Position numbers and translations under genes: made by a program
Source: Candidatus Omnitrophota bacterium
Lineage (GTDB): Bacteria > Omnitrophota > Gorgyraeia > B26-G9 > JBDRCZ01
DNA length: 64,000 nucleotides
Direction: 5' to 3'
Assembly: GCA_043821285.1 (NCBI GenBank)
Contig: JBDRCZ010000027.1
Location: 18,988-82,987, forward strand
Shown: in pieces, positions 21,201 to 31,300 of the stretch
Layout of the letters: each line of letters begins with the position of its first letter
Numbering within the stretch: the first letter of the stretch is position 1
Notes under the pieces: generated by a model
What the model was told of the DNA's origin: nothing
Seen by the model: the letters and a program-made list of their open reading frames with translations, nothing else
The model's database searches: none

Positions 21201-21454
21201 CTTAATACGATAAAGCCCTGCTGCTGCAGCTTTTTTGCAAGTTCATCCCAGTCTTGGCGGCTACCCTGCCACATATGCAGACAAACGACCGCGGGGCGGG
21301 AAATATTATCATTGTGGTAATAATATGACCCAACAATAACCACGGCATCTTTTGTGGTAAATGTTACGGTTTTAGTGGGAAAGGTATAGGCCGCGGCAAA
21401 AGAAATATGAAAGAAAGCAAAAGAAAATAGAAAAAATAATTTTAAAAATTTCAT
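18260..21454 (-). CDS. signal peptide + alpha/beta hydrolase + CheR-like methyltransferase + TPR fusion protein
   Basis: DLRGHGES, GGSLG nucleophile, GHGT; ACSTGQE, ILATD, YDLVSVQNVLMY, GGLLIL (CheR); C-terminal TPR helices. Confidence 0.8.
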   Translation of the reverse strand: MKFLKLFFLFSFAFFHISFAAAYTFPTKTVTFTTKDAVVIVGSYYYHNDNISRPAVVCLHMWQGSRQDWDELAKKLQQQGFIVLSIDLRGHGESIIKREKNGKEKNIHWKKFKYAVYSEMVNDALAAENFLLQQDNVDVQRIGLIGGSLGCSVAIKLATVSEHIRSIALLSPAMNYLGVDLSRDLPKLSKKDIPILVFLEETDFNYTSGKKFFTAYPGKKRLKVYNEKGHGTRLFLSDVKSEIENEIITQLNDNLHNKNPIFPPSITAYTDNDPIEFVEKLCSDPALLKELVACENAINILAGLGSNLAKRQLKKSPDTAVTNPYNLLFDLTRPIDSYTASAVLGDEEFVSDFELLNEHLLKFFNKPFLRYKINDGKLYDLYFLIQSPEKLKTLLYALGHVDSAVWPVKAVETALKTYLAALENNTLSPYTYDVLKQRIRQRYKSVFFTELSSIDKKQLSDNLNNYLLSNGIVRLGKIDDKLLLTLTVKFYTLSSTYFYRNWADLKEFIKYLPQLTSQAKQEDRPLKIKVFACSTGQEAITFAIELLEHGIRDFYILATDYNPQVIDIAREMDFQEDYFLRLPEQIQQRLLKYFVKSDRGYRIKDLVFFKQHIDFKVQNILDDLPNNLPKQFAPPYDLVSVQNVLMYIDREEVDKNIDKVFKVLNTGGLLILTDTQYDIGSFYNHNIYARFFRINHLLSQKFYETDNSEALIKLYTERLKQNPTIDLYFYLAFTCLHSGNLEKAIATLHEAEKLYPFSSEISAQLAVLHLHADDKKSARKYLETALDINPLSVDYYKTYVQLLRNKKEKLYYHKIIEALNKHLQKGLGKIETNAEAIEITKAARELLPRQYPAYLFLGILSSHKANLYSKKGDLAQAKTSINQAIVYLQKALNQNPNFYYIYNELGKTYLNYAKLLCADNNYHQAKQYFDLAKQNADKSLALKTSVHGYNLLAGLYYERGIVDIELGQIENAVHNLDTAIDDYKKIRLDTSDRYQLYLNTSLCYYKKALAHKELADYNNARISLEEARKWLNSALELNSIYGTEAYITLGQCEELWQKMKKAAF

Positions 21455-21465
21455 GGGGGGGTTTT

Positions 21466-22155
21466 TTACTTTCCTCCCATGACTTCGCTTTTAAATGCAG
21501 TAATCTCTTTTTTTAGTTTTCTTTCAAGACTTATTGCTTTATTAAAATTATCTTGGGCTAATTCATTTTTACCTTGCAAATAATAAATTTTTCCGCGGGT
21601 AAAATAACTAAATGCATATTTTTTATTATACCGTATTGCTAAAGATAAATCTTCCAGCGCTTCATCAAAGTTATTAATTTTGGCATAAATAAGCGCACGT
21701 GTGTTTAGGGCAAAGTAGTTATGGAGATTAAGATCAACCGCGGTATTTGCATGCTCTAATGCGGTATGATAATCGCCTAAGTTATAATATGTCCAGGCGA
21801 TATTATTATAGATTACGTAATCATCAGGAATTATCTCTAATGCCTTTTTTAAATCCGCCAGTGCCGCCTGGTAGCGCTTCTCCATGGTGTATAAGGTCGA
21901 ACGTTTAAGATATGCCTCTTTTAAGATATTACCTTTACGGTTTCTTCCCAGCTCCGCTTCAATTATTTTCGTTTGCTTTTCTATTTTTTGATCGACGTTT
22001 GACGTCTGAGTAAGATAACGGTAATTATCTAAATCCGAAAGCAATTTTTTGGGGGAAACAGAGGTTTCCATCTGGGCGTTAGCGGATACGATAAATAAAA
22101 TAACCGCGGCAGTACATACGGTGATAAATAAATGTTTTTTTCTGGTATTACACAT
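21466..22155 (-). CDS. secreted tetratricopeptide-repeat protein
   Basis: signal peptide ending ANA-Q, four TPR-like repeats; AGGAGG RBS before ATG 22155. Confidence 0.85.
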   Translation of the reverse strand: MCNTRKKHLFITVCTAAVILFIVSANAQMETSVSPKKLLSDLDNYRYLTQTSNVDQKIEKQTKIIEAELGRNRKGNILKEAYLKRSTLYTMEKRYQAALADLKKALEIIPDDYVIYNNIAWTYYNLGDYHTALEHANTAVDLNLHNYFALNTRALIYAKINNFDEALEDLSLAIRYNKKYAFSYFTRGKIYYLQGKNELAQDNFNKAISLERKLKKEITAFKSEVMGGK

Positions 22156-22617
22156 ATTATTTAATCCTCCTTTTTTTATGGTGTAGGAAAGTATACCCTT
22201 GTACTCTTGCGGGCACAAGCGGGCACCATGAAAACACTTTCCTAACCACGGAAAATCGCAATCATGTTATCACCGAAGGCGATTTTCTTGACAAACGGGT
22301 TAAGGTTATAATGAGAACCGGTCTAATCCATAATATTGCTCAATCCCCCTTTCCTTAATCAACGGCCATTCACAGAATTACTCTGAGAACTGTTGATGAC
22401 AGCGATTTAGAGCCGCGTATTACTTTGTGTAATGAAAACGTTACGAATTTTATGCAGCCCTGTAATTAACTATATAGTGTTTCAATAAAACTAACTTATC
22501 ATATCATTTTTTTGCTATATTTTTCAAGCATTTATTTTTGCTTGCGCTAAAATAATCAGTTATCACAGATATTGCTCAGCAAAATCTGGGATGCTGTACG
22601 ATCAAAAAACACGAACC

Positions 22618-22645
22618 TTGACTAATAAATTTTTTGTGGTAAACT
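22618..22645 (+). promoter_or_regulatory. putative sigma70 promoter
   Basis: TTGACT, 16 bp, TG-G-TAAACT. Confidence 0.4.
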
Positions 22646-22928
22646 ATTTAATTGCAGCTTTCATCATTTTTATGTTTTGTAAATATAAAATAGTCATTGC
22701 AGAAAAACGCCGTAATAACGCGAAAGAATAGGAAGGTGCTGTTCTCTTAGCCGGCCTTTTTTAGGATAATATCCATCAAAGTATTAGTCGTGGAATTGGC
22801 GGATAAAGAATGAACTCTCCCCGCCCCAAGGGGCGGGGAATTTAAGATAAGAGTGAAATTATACGAAAAGCAATAAACTACACAGATAACATTGAACGTG
22901 CGATAATCTGTGTGAACGGAGAATAATT

Positions 22929-24026
22929 ATGTCGCATAAATTAACACCGCTTAGGATCGGAGATTTAGAAATAAAAATACCAATCGTTCAAGGGGCGATG
23001 GGAGTGATGGTATCAAGGGCTTCTTTAGCCAGTGCCGTAGCAAATTGTGGTGGGGCAGGAACGATTGCCAGTGTAGGATTAGGTTATGGGACCGAAGAAA
23101 ATGAAACAAATTTTGTTAAAGCTTCACGTGAGGGGCTGGAAAGAGAAATACGCCGGGCCAAGGAATTAACCAAGGGAATTATTGGAGTAAATATACTGGT
23201 AGCCTTAAGCAATTATGAGGATTTGGTAAGAGCGTCTGTAAAGGCAAAGGCGGATTTTATTATTTCCGGAGCAGGACTGCCGTTAAGGCTGCCGGAATTT
23301 GCCAATAGTTCAGCAATAAAGCTGATACCGATTGTTTCTTCTGCCAGGGCAGTGGATATTATTATCAAGAGCTGGAAAAAACGCTATAACCGCTTGCCGG
23401 ATGCGATTGTTGTGGAAGGACCTTTAGCCGGGGGGCATTTAGGGTTTAAAACGGAAGAGCTGAAAACAGATAATGCACATACACTGGAAAAGTTAGTAAT
23501 AGATGTTTTAAAAATAGCTGCCGGCTATGAAAAAGAGTTTAATATGCACATTCCGGTTATTGCTGCCGGCGGTATTTTTAATGGCGAAGATGTAGTGAGG
23601 TTTCTTAGATTAGGAGCAAAGGGAGTACAAATTGCCACGCGCTTTGTTGCTACACTTGAATGTGACGTAGCTGAAGAGTTTAAGCAATTATACCTAAAAA
23701 CGAAAAACGAAGACGTCTTTATTATCCAAAGCCCGGTGGGCATGCCGGGAAGGGCGATAAAAACAAAGTTTACAGAGAAAATATTGAGCAAAGAAAAAAT
23801 ACCAGTCGTGTGTAGGTACCGTTGCCTTAAGACCTGTGACCCGGCAAGTACTCCTTATTGTATAATGAAAGCGTTAGTTAACGCTGCCTGCGGCAGGATA
23901 GATGAAGCAGTTGTATTTTCCGGACACAATGTTTATCGGGTAGACAAAATCATATCCGTAAAAGAGCTAATCGATAGCATTATAAAGGAAGCAGAAGAAG
24001 AGCTGGAGAAAACATCGAAGGCGTAG
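22929..24026 (+). CDS. nitronate monooxygenase-family flavoenzyme (FabK/FabX-like, with 4-Cys cluster)
   Basis: PIVQGAMG, SGAGLP, EGPLAGGHLG, IAAGGI, GVQIATRF, C-x3-C-x3-C...YC. Confidence 0.85.
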   Translation: MSHKLTPLRIGDLEIKIPIVQGAMGVMVSRASLASAVANCGGAGTIASVGLGYGTEENETNFVKASREGLEREIRRAKELTKGIIGVNILVALSNYEDLVRASVKAKADFIISGAGLPLRLPEFANSSAIKLIPIVSSARAVDIIIKSWKKRYNRLPDAIVVEGPLAGGHLGFKTEELKTDNAHTLEKLVIDVLKIAAGYEKEFNMHIPVIAAGGIFNGEDVVRFLRLGAKGVQIATRFVATLECDVAEEFKQLYLKTKNEDVFIIQSPVGMPGRAIKTKFTEKILSKEKIPVVCRYRCLKTCDPASTPYCIMKALVNAACGRIDEAVVFSGHNVYRVDKIISVKELIDSIIKEAEEELEKTSKA

Positions 24027-24049
24027 TGTATAATTCCCTGCCTGCAGCC

Positions 24050-24325
24050 GGGTCAATTTCTGTCGAAAATATCTGCCGCAATAATGCCCAGGTTTCTTTT
24101 CTCTTTAATTGCTCCGGCTGAATTATCGTTGCCAATGCTGTTTCTGCTCGATAAGCAATCATTTTTATTGTATCCATAATATGTTTTTTCTCAGTTGTAA
24201 GACTGCTGTATTTTTCGGATTCTGGTAATTCAGATATCTGGATATGTTTATCCAGTTTTTTTCGTTGTTCTTTTAATGCAGTGATTTCATTTTGATACAA
24301 TTCAATCATTTCTTGTAATTGCAGC
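24050..24325 (-). pseudogene. internal/C-terminal transposase fragment (Transposase_29-like)
   Basis: DTIKMIAYRAETA..LLRQIF..E.D motif recognised from memory; N-terminal side cut by the neighbouring IS. Confidence 0.6.
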
Positions 24326-25213
24326 AATTAAGAACCGAAAATTCTTCGTGCTTTTGAAGTAGTAAGATAGAGGGAAGAGCGGGAAAAGGCAATAAAGTGC
24401 AAAAAAGACATTTCGCACTTTATTTTTTTTGTGGTATAATAGGATGTTATATAAATAACATCTTAAAAAGAAGGAAAGAAAGGAGGGGTAAAGATGTTTA
24501 ATGAAAGCTATGCGATGTTAGAGCGGAGAAGGAAGACATTATTAAAAAAGATTGGCCGGGTGGGGTATTTCATCATGGGAACGCCAACATATTTAAAAGT
24601 AAGATGCGGGCATAAGGGGTGTAAATGCCAAAAGGTAAAAGGAGCTGGACATGAGAAGCTGCATTTAAGCTGGACGGATAGCGAAGGTAATGGAACCGCG
24701 TATGTACCGGTAGGGTTACGGGAGGAGGTATTAGAGCGGGTGGAGAATTATTGGCTGATCAAAGAGTACATGAAAGAGATGACGAATAAGGATTTAACAT
24801 ACAAAAGAATGGGGGGATACTGTTTGGGGCATTGTTACTCACGGGATGAGGTAGCAATGAAGATATGGGATTGTATTTTAAACATGGCGTATTTAATAAA
24901 CCAGTTGATTGAGCGAGGTTCATTAATCTGTAAGGAAAGTTATGGCAGTATTAGGAATATTGCCAATCGGATGTTTGAACATTTCAGATATGCGGTATTT
25001 AAGCCGCCGGCTGAAAAAAGGAAGATCCAAATCAGATCATGCTGGGATACATCATGAAAAAGGGGCACCCACACAGTATCCCCTATTGTGCAAAAGGAAC
25101 GCGTTAATTCCTTTGCAGGCCCCGTTTACCCATTTTACAACCATTCCTGAATTTAATCAAAAGGCTTTTTTCTGACGTGAGTTTTGTGAATTTTGCAGAT
25201 CAGGTTCTTAATT
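24326..25213 (+). mobile_element. internally deleted IS bounded by 11-bp terminal inverted repeats
   Basis: AATTAAGAACC (24326-24336) and GGTTCTTAATT (25203-25213) flank a DUF6788/transposase chimeric ORF. Confidence 0.7.
24494..25057 (+). pseudogene. DUF6788-like IS accessory protein fused to a transposase C-terminal remnant
   Basis: RCGHKGCKC...H..LSW...TAYVP (DUF6788-like), then GGYCLGHCYS..AMK...MAYLINQL (transposase tail); catalytic core absent. Confidence 0.65.
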
Positions 25214-25233
25214 CCTGGAAAATCAAAAAAAAC

Positions 25234-25262
25234 TTGAAAAAATACGATTTATATGATATACT
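25234..25262 (+). promoter_or_regulatory. sigma70 promoter of the giant gene
   Basis: TTGAAA, 17 bp, TG-A-TATACT; AGGTGA RBS before ATG 25353. Confidence 0.6.
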
Positions 25263-25352
25263 TTGTAATACTTATAATTACTATTTAAAATATTTTATAA
25301 AGTCGCTTAACATATTAAAACGATTATAAGTTACAAAAAAAGGTGATGAATC

Positions 25353-28300
25353 ATGACAGGCCTAAAACACAAAATATGGTTTAAGGCAATAGCATTCATT
25401 TTAATCCAGGCGTTTTTATGCCTGGATTTGTCATTTGCCGCTGGCGGCGATTTGAAAAATGTAAATTCTCTGCTCGCACCGACAATAAAATTAGATGAAT
25501 TAGAAGAAGTATTTAATAAAAAATATGTTGCAGAATCTCCAGAAGAACAGATACTTACCCAGAATTTTAATATCAAATTAAGAAAAACTAAAAAAACTAC
25601 AGAACAAGGCACCGCAGTTTCGATTACAGAAGAGCAAGCGGAGTGTATTAGAGCTGCGAGAACGGGTCTGCTTAATGAGTTTACAAACAAAGTATTTAAA
25701 CGTTATTTGACAGCAGTGCAGATAAATGTTCGCGAATTTTTGCCAAACATGGCTCAGCATATGAGCCGAGCGGAGATTAATATAGATGTAGTTGTCTTGG
25801 GTAATGAGACTGCAGTACGGCTTGCCTTATACCACGGAGCACTGCATGGCATTTTAGCTGAGGAGCGGGGGACAGCAGAAACACCGGAAGAGCGCTTTTT
25901 AGAAGAGGTATTTGTTGTACAAAAAGAATTAGAATATTTAAACAGCCTTTCAGAAAAAGAACAGGATAATTATCTAAAATTTTTGAAAAACTCCTACAGA
26001 ATAAACCACGCGGCATTTTTAAAATTATATAGCCGGTATAAAGAAAAGGTAAAAGAAGCAGAGGATAAGGGAGAGGCTCCAGACTTAAGAGTAATTCTGA
26101 GCATGATTGCCAGTTATGTGAAACAAGTCTCCCGGCGTGATAATGACTTTGGTCAAATAAACTTTGATATGCGCACAAATAAGGCCAAGGATGAGGTTCG
26201 TAAGGTAGTCGAGGGGATAGAGATAGCAAAGGAAACTTCTGCTGGAGCAGAGACATCAGAAGCAGACGTTGAGCCTAACACAGCAGCAATATCAGCAGAG
26301 GAATTAGAAGAAGAGGCAAAAACGTTGATAAAACGTTTTATTGATATTGTGTTAACGGTGACAGGGATTAATTTAATAAAAAGAATATACAATTATTTAC
26401 GTGAAAAGTTGTATTTATGGAACAAATCAAGAAAGCAAAGAAAGATTGAAAGACGGAATGGGGAGCTGGAGAAAATTGATCAGGATGACCCGGATTATCA
26501 AGACACGCTGTTTAAACTCTGGAAATTACAGGGATATGACATTAAATCCCTTAGACCACTATATGCATTAGCCAGACGCGTGGATAAAAGATATGCTGCA
26601 CTGAAGCAAGAACTGGAGACAGGTAATGAGCATATGATTGCCGGGAAGAGTAGAGCATTAAAAGACACAGTAACCCTACGGGTGAATAAACTTGCAGAGA
26701 ATGATACCAGAAATAGAAGCAAATTATTAGAACAGGTACTTAATGAAAATAATTATGCGCTTTTGATTGAGGCATTAGCACTGGTACAGGCTGCATTTAA
26801 CCAGGTTAAAGAGATTAAATTATATGATGTACAGATTATTGCAGCCATTGCCGCAAATAAAGGTGATGGGCAGATTATTAGATTATTACCAGGGGAAGGA
26901 AAGACTTATGTCGGAGCGGCGTATGCCTACCTTAACACTCTTGATGGTGCGAAGGTGCACATGCATACTACTTCTGAGTATTATGCTAAACGTGATGCTG
27001 AAGATGTGCGCGGAGTGTTAGAACTTTTAGGCTTAAGCGCTGCATGTTTAGAAAAAGAGAATGAGGAGAAAAAAGAGGCATATGCGGCCGATGTTCTCTA
27101 CGGGGAGAAATCTGAATTCGGGTTTGATTACTTAAAAGACAATTTGAAATATGAGTCTAAAGAAAAAGTTATGCATGGTCTATACCGGGCAATGGTAGAT
27201 GAGGTGGATTATAATATCCAAGATGATGGACGTACGCCACTGATAATCTCAGCAAGAAGTGTGGAAAATATTTCCGAAGTACTTTATATTGCCGTGAATG
27301 ATGTAGTAGCAGGACTTATCCGGGAACAAGCGGAACAAGAGCTTGAAGAAGATGAAAGATATTATGTGCTGGAGAATTTACCCGGCGATACGACTCCTGA
27401 AAAAGCTGCGAATTATACAACTCATTCTGTTGTGTTTACTGAGACAGGATTAAAAGCATTTGAAAAGCGTCTTTTAGAAAAAGGGTTAGCGGAGTTCTCA
27501 AAAGATGATTTTTTATTTTCTAAGACCCATTATTACATTTTTAGTATGGCGGTGCAGGCGCTGCGGGCGCATAAATTATGGTGTATAGACAAAGATTATT
27601 GTATTAATGAGGATAAAAAAGTTGAGCAAGAAAAAGATAGTCAAGAAGGAGATCAAAGGGCAGATACAAAAGATAAAGAGCCTAAAAAAGGACAGGTTGT
27701 ATTGATTGATGAAAGCTCGGGCCGTCTGATGGAGGGCCGGACATTAAGCCATGGGCTGCATCAGGCAATTGAGGCTAAACACCTAAGAGAAGTAATTACA
27801 GCTGATGAAAGGACTACACTTGAAATTAAAACGATTACCCCGCGTTCAGAAGCACAGGGCTCGATTACGGTAGAGTCATTTTATAAATTATATGAAAAAT
27901 TATCTGGAATGAGCGGGACTGTGGATGAAAATGAGGCCAGGCTCTGGGGACGGCAGGGTAAAGAAGTGGTAAGGGTTCCTTCAAATACCCTGCGCCAGCT
28001 TAAGGAGCATGCGGATAGATTATATCTTACCAACAGAGAAAGATTTGCGGCAATGGCAGAGGCGGCACAAGACAAGCAGACCAGAGGACAGCCAGTTGTG
28101 CTCGGGGTATTAACTCCCGAGGATGCGGATTTATTAAGCGGTATGATAGAGGAGCTTGGCATTGAGCATGAAACATTAGATGCGCGTAATCAAAAAGATG
28201 AAGAGCGGATAATTGCGCATGCCGGAAGAAAAGGCCGGGTTACGATTGTTACGAATATCGCGGGCCGGGCAACAAATATTGTTTTAGGCGGTAAAAAAGA

Positions 28301-31300
28301 AATACGTATTCAAGAATTAATATCAGAAGAGAGTCTCTCAGCAGAAACAGCAGAGAAAAGATATAAAGATGAAAAGCAGGAAGTTATTGCATTAGGCGGG
28401 TTATGCGTTTTTATTGCTGGTAGGCAGCCGAGTTCACGCGGGGATGAACAGTTTGAGACTAGAGCCGCACGGCAAGGCCAACCAGGAGAAAGCGGGCATT
28501 TTCTTTCAGCCGATGACCCGCTATTTGAACAAACCGGCACAAATAAAAAGGTTAGGGAATTAATCGAATATTATCAGAGCGAAGAAGGTAAAGGGGTGGT
28601 TGTCACCCATGTATTTAGAAAAGTTATCCATGAGGCACAAAAGAGATTATCACAGGTGCGGTTGCATGAGAAAAAGCAAACACAAAAATACGAAGAAGTA
28701 TTAGCAAACCAGCGGGAGACCTTTTATCGGTTAAGAGACAGGTTCTTGGAGGAGCCGCAGGAAACATTGCTTGAATTTGTGGAACAGGCGATTGATCTAA
28801 TATTTAGAGATGCGGAAGATATTGAAAAACAATTAGCGCTTGATCCTGAGCTTGCAAAATATAAAACAGGAATTTTAGATGAGGTAAATGAGATAAAAAA
28901 ACAAGGAAAAGATATAAAAGATATAGCAAGAAATGAGGGGATTGTTAGAGAAGATGAATTAAGTAGACTTACAAATTCAGGTGTATTGCGTTTAATGTTA
29001 CAGCGCCAATTTATTAGAGACAAATTTGCTGTTTTTTTAAATATTGGTCTTACAAATGAACAATTAACGTTTTCTAAGGAGCAACTTAAAAATGCAGTAA
29101 CGCAGGCATTAGAACACAGGGCAATATTAGCTAGGCTGATATTGCAGATGTTAGATTTATCTTGGCAGAGACACCTTGGGGATATTGAGGAGTTAAAATG
29201 GGCAATTAACTTTCGGCCGGGTGATGAGCAGAAAAAAGCAGCAGAATTTGGCATAGATGCATTTAAAACCTTTCAGGCAATGCGGGATGAAAATTATTTG
29301 GATGTTTGCGGGGTGGTATACAAAGGCTGGAAGAGATATTTTCGTGCGAAAGCAAAAATGATAGGCCGCCAGAAAGAAGAAGATGGAGAAGTGCCAGAAG
29401 AAGTGCAGGAAAGATTAAAAGACTTAGATGAGCGATTAGGTGGTAAATGGGATTTTCTTAGCAGCCGTAGCGGTCAGGCAGCTGCTACGGGAGGAGTGAC
29501 AGTAGTTGGGTTAAGCGGGATAGTCTATGGTTATGCTGCGCCAATGATACAACAGTCACTACATGATGCTAAAATTGAGCAAATGAATGAGGTATTAGAA
29601 GCGCTTCAGGTATTAGATATAACTAAAGCAACGCAGCTAATTGAAAAATATAATTTAGAAGATACTTTTAATCTTGGCGTAAACGAAGAACAATTGCAAC
29701 AGGAAAAAGACCTTAAGATTATAGAAATAGTATTGTCATCAGATTATACAATAGAAGATGAAGAAGGCGGGCGTTATTTAAGTGTTAGCAAAACAGATGC
29801 AGAAACAGGAGAAGAGGAGCAGACAGAGAAAATTGCGCTTACCTCAGAAGACGATGAAAACCTTGTTACGCGGTTAGAAGAGATAAAAAATAATCCGTCT
29901 GAGATAGATAAAGTAGCACAGGTTATCAAGTTAATAATCGAGAAGGGATTATTAGAATCATTAGGTGGTGACGAGGCTGTGGATGCAAATACAGGTACAG
30001 CCACAGCAAATCAAGATGGACAGGAAAATGGAGCTGCTGGTGAGACCGGCGAATTATTATCTGCAGAGGGCGACGAGGTATCAGATGAGCGTGAAGGAGC
30101 AGGGCAAGCTACTGCCGGAGCCGGGGGTAAAGAAGGAGAGGTTTCTATAGATGAGGAAAAGGCAAAGATAGAAATATCGCTACAGCAGATAATAGATGAA
30201 AATGAAGAAGAGACAGTAAGGACGCTATTATTAAAGGCGTTAATTAAAGATCTTATCAGGTCAGAAAATTATACTTATGCAGTACAAGAGACAGATGAAG
30301 GAGTTTATTTAAACATAATCAAAATAGATACGGAAACAGGAGAAAAGGAGCAGATAGAGAAAATTACGATTACCGAGGAACAGAAAACGATAATCGAGAC
30401 AGTGGGAGTAGCAGAAGAGGAGAGGATAAAGGCAGAAAAAAGGGGGCCGCAAAAACCAAGTTTGTCGGATTTATTTTTATCTAGTGCTACGTATTTAGTT
30501 CTCACAATATTATGGCTATACGCTGCGTATCGGAAATACAAGCATGCTAATACAAAAAGAGAACGTTATATTGCCTGTTTAATGGGATTGTTCGGTGTGA
30601 TTTTTGTCGGGGTTGGATTATTAGGTGCTGGGCCAGCTTTTAATTGGCATGCATCACTGTTTGCGCAGGAGGTAATACATCCGGATTTATTAGAAGAACC
30701 TAAGGAAGAGGTGACAGGAGAAGAAATCGAGCTTGAAGAGGAACTGCCGGAGTTAAATTTTCTTGATGAGGTTGAAGAGCTTAAGGATGTAAGAGACTAT
30801 ATTGCAAAGAGATTTGCGGAATTAGAAGAAGATTTACAAAAAGCCATGGGCAGAATAGATGAGATAATTGAAGATGAGTTATTGGCAAAGGTTAGATATG
30901 TACAAGCAGAGATGGATTTAGAAACTGCCGGCGGTAAAGAGGAAGAGGCGCTGCAGGACCTGCGAGATGCCCAGCAGACATATGATCAACAGGTAAATGA
31001 TTTTGAAGCGGCAACGAACGCTCTGATACAGGTATTAAATACAGAGATTGGGTCAGTTGAAGAGATGGTTGAAAAATTAGATAAAAAGATTGCTAATTTT
31101 ACTGCATTGGATGAAAGGTTAGCAGAGCGGTACGAAAAGACAAAAGAGTTAATTAAAGGTTATCAACAAAAATTAGTAGATATCAGAGAGCAGATTGAGA
31201 CAAATGAGACAACACAGGGAGATTTACAAGAGAAAATAAGGCTTTATGAGCAGCTGAATAACGAGATAATTCCCAAACAATTAGCAGATTTAGATGAGAG

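Noticed and set aside
22690-22765. Possible riboswitch upstream of the NMO-family gene
   Set aside because: I could not match the consensus of any known class by eye
26540-29330. Calling this the housekeeping secA gene
   Set aside because: It is an internal domain of a 7342-aa ORF with an altered motif VI and no separate start or stop
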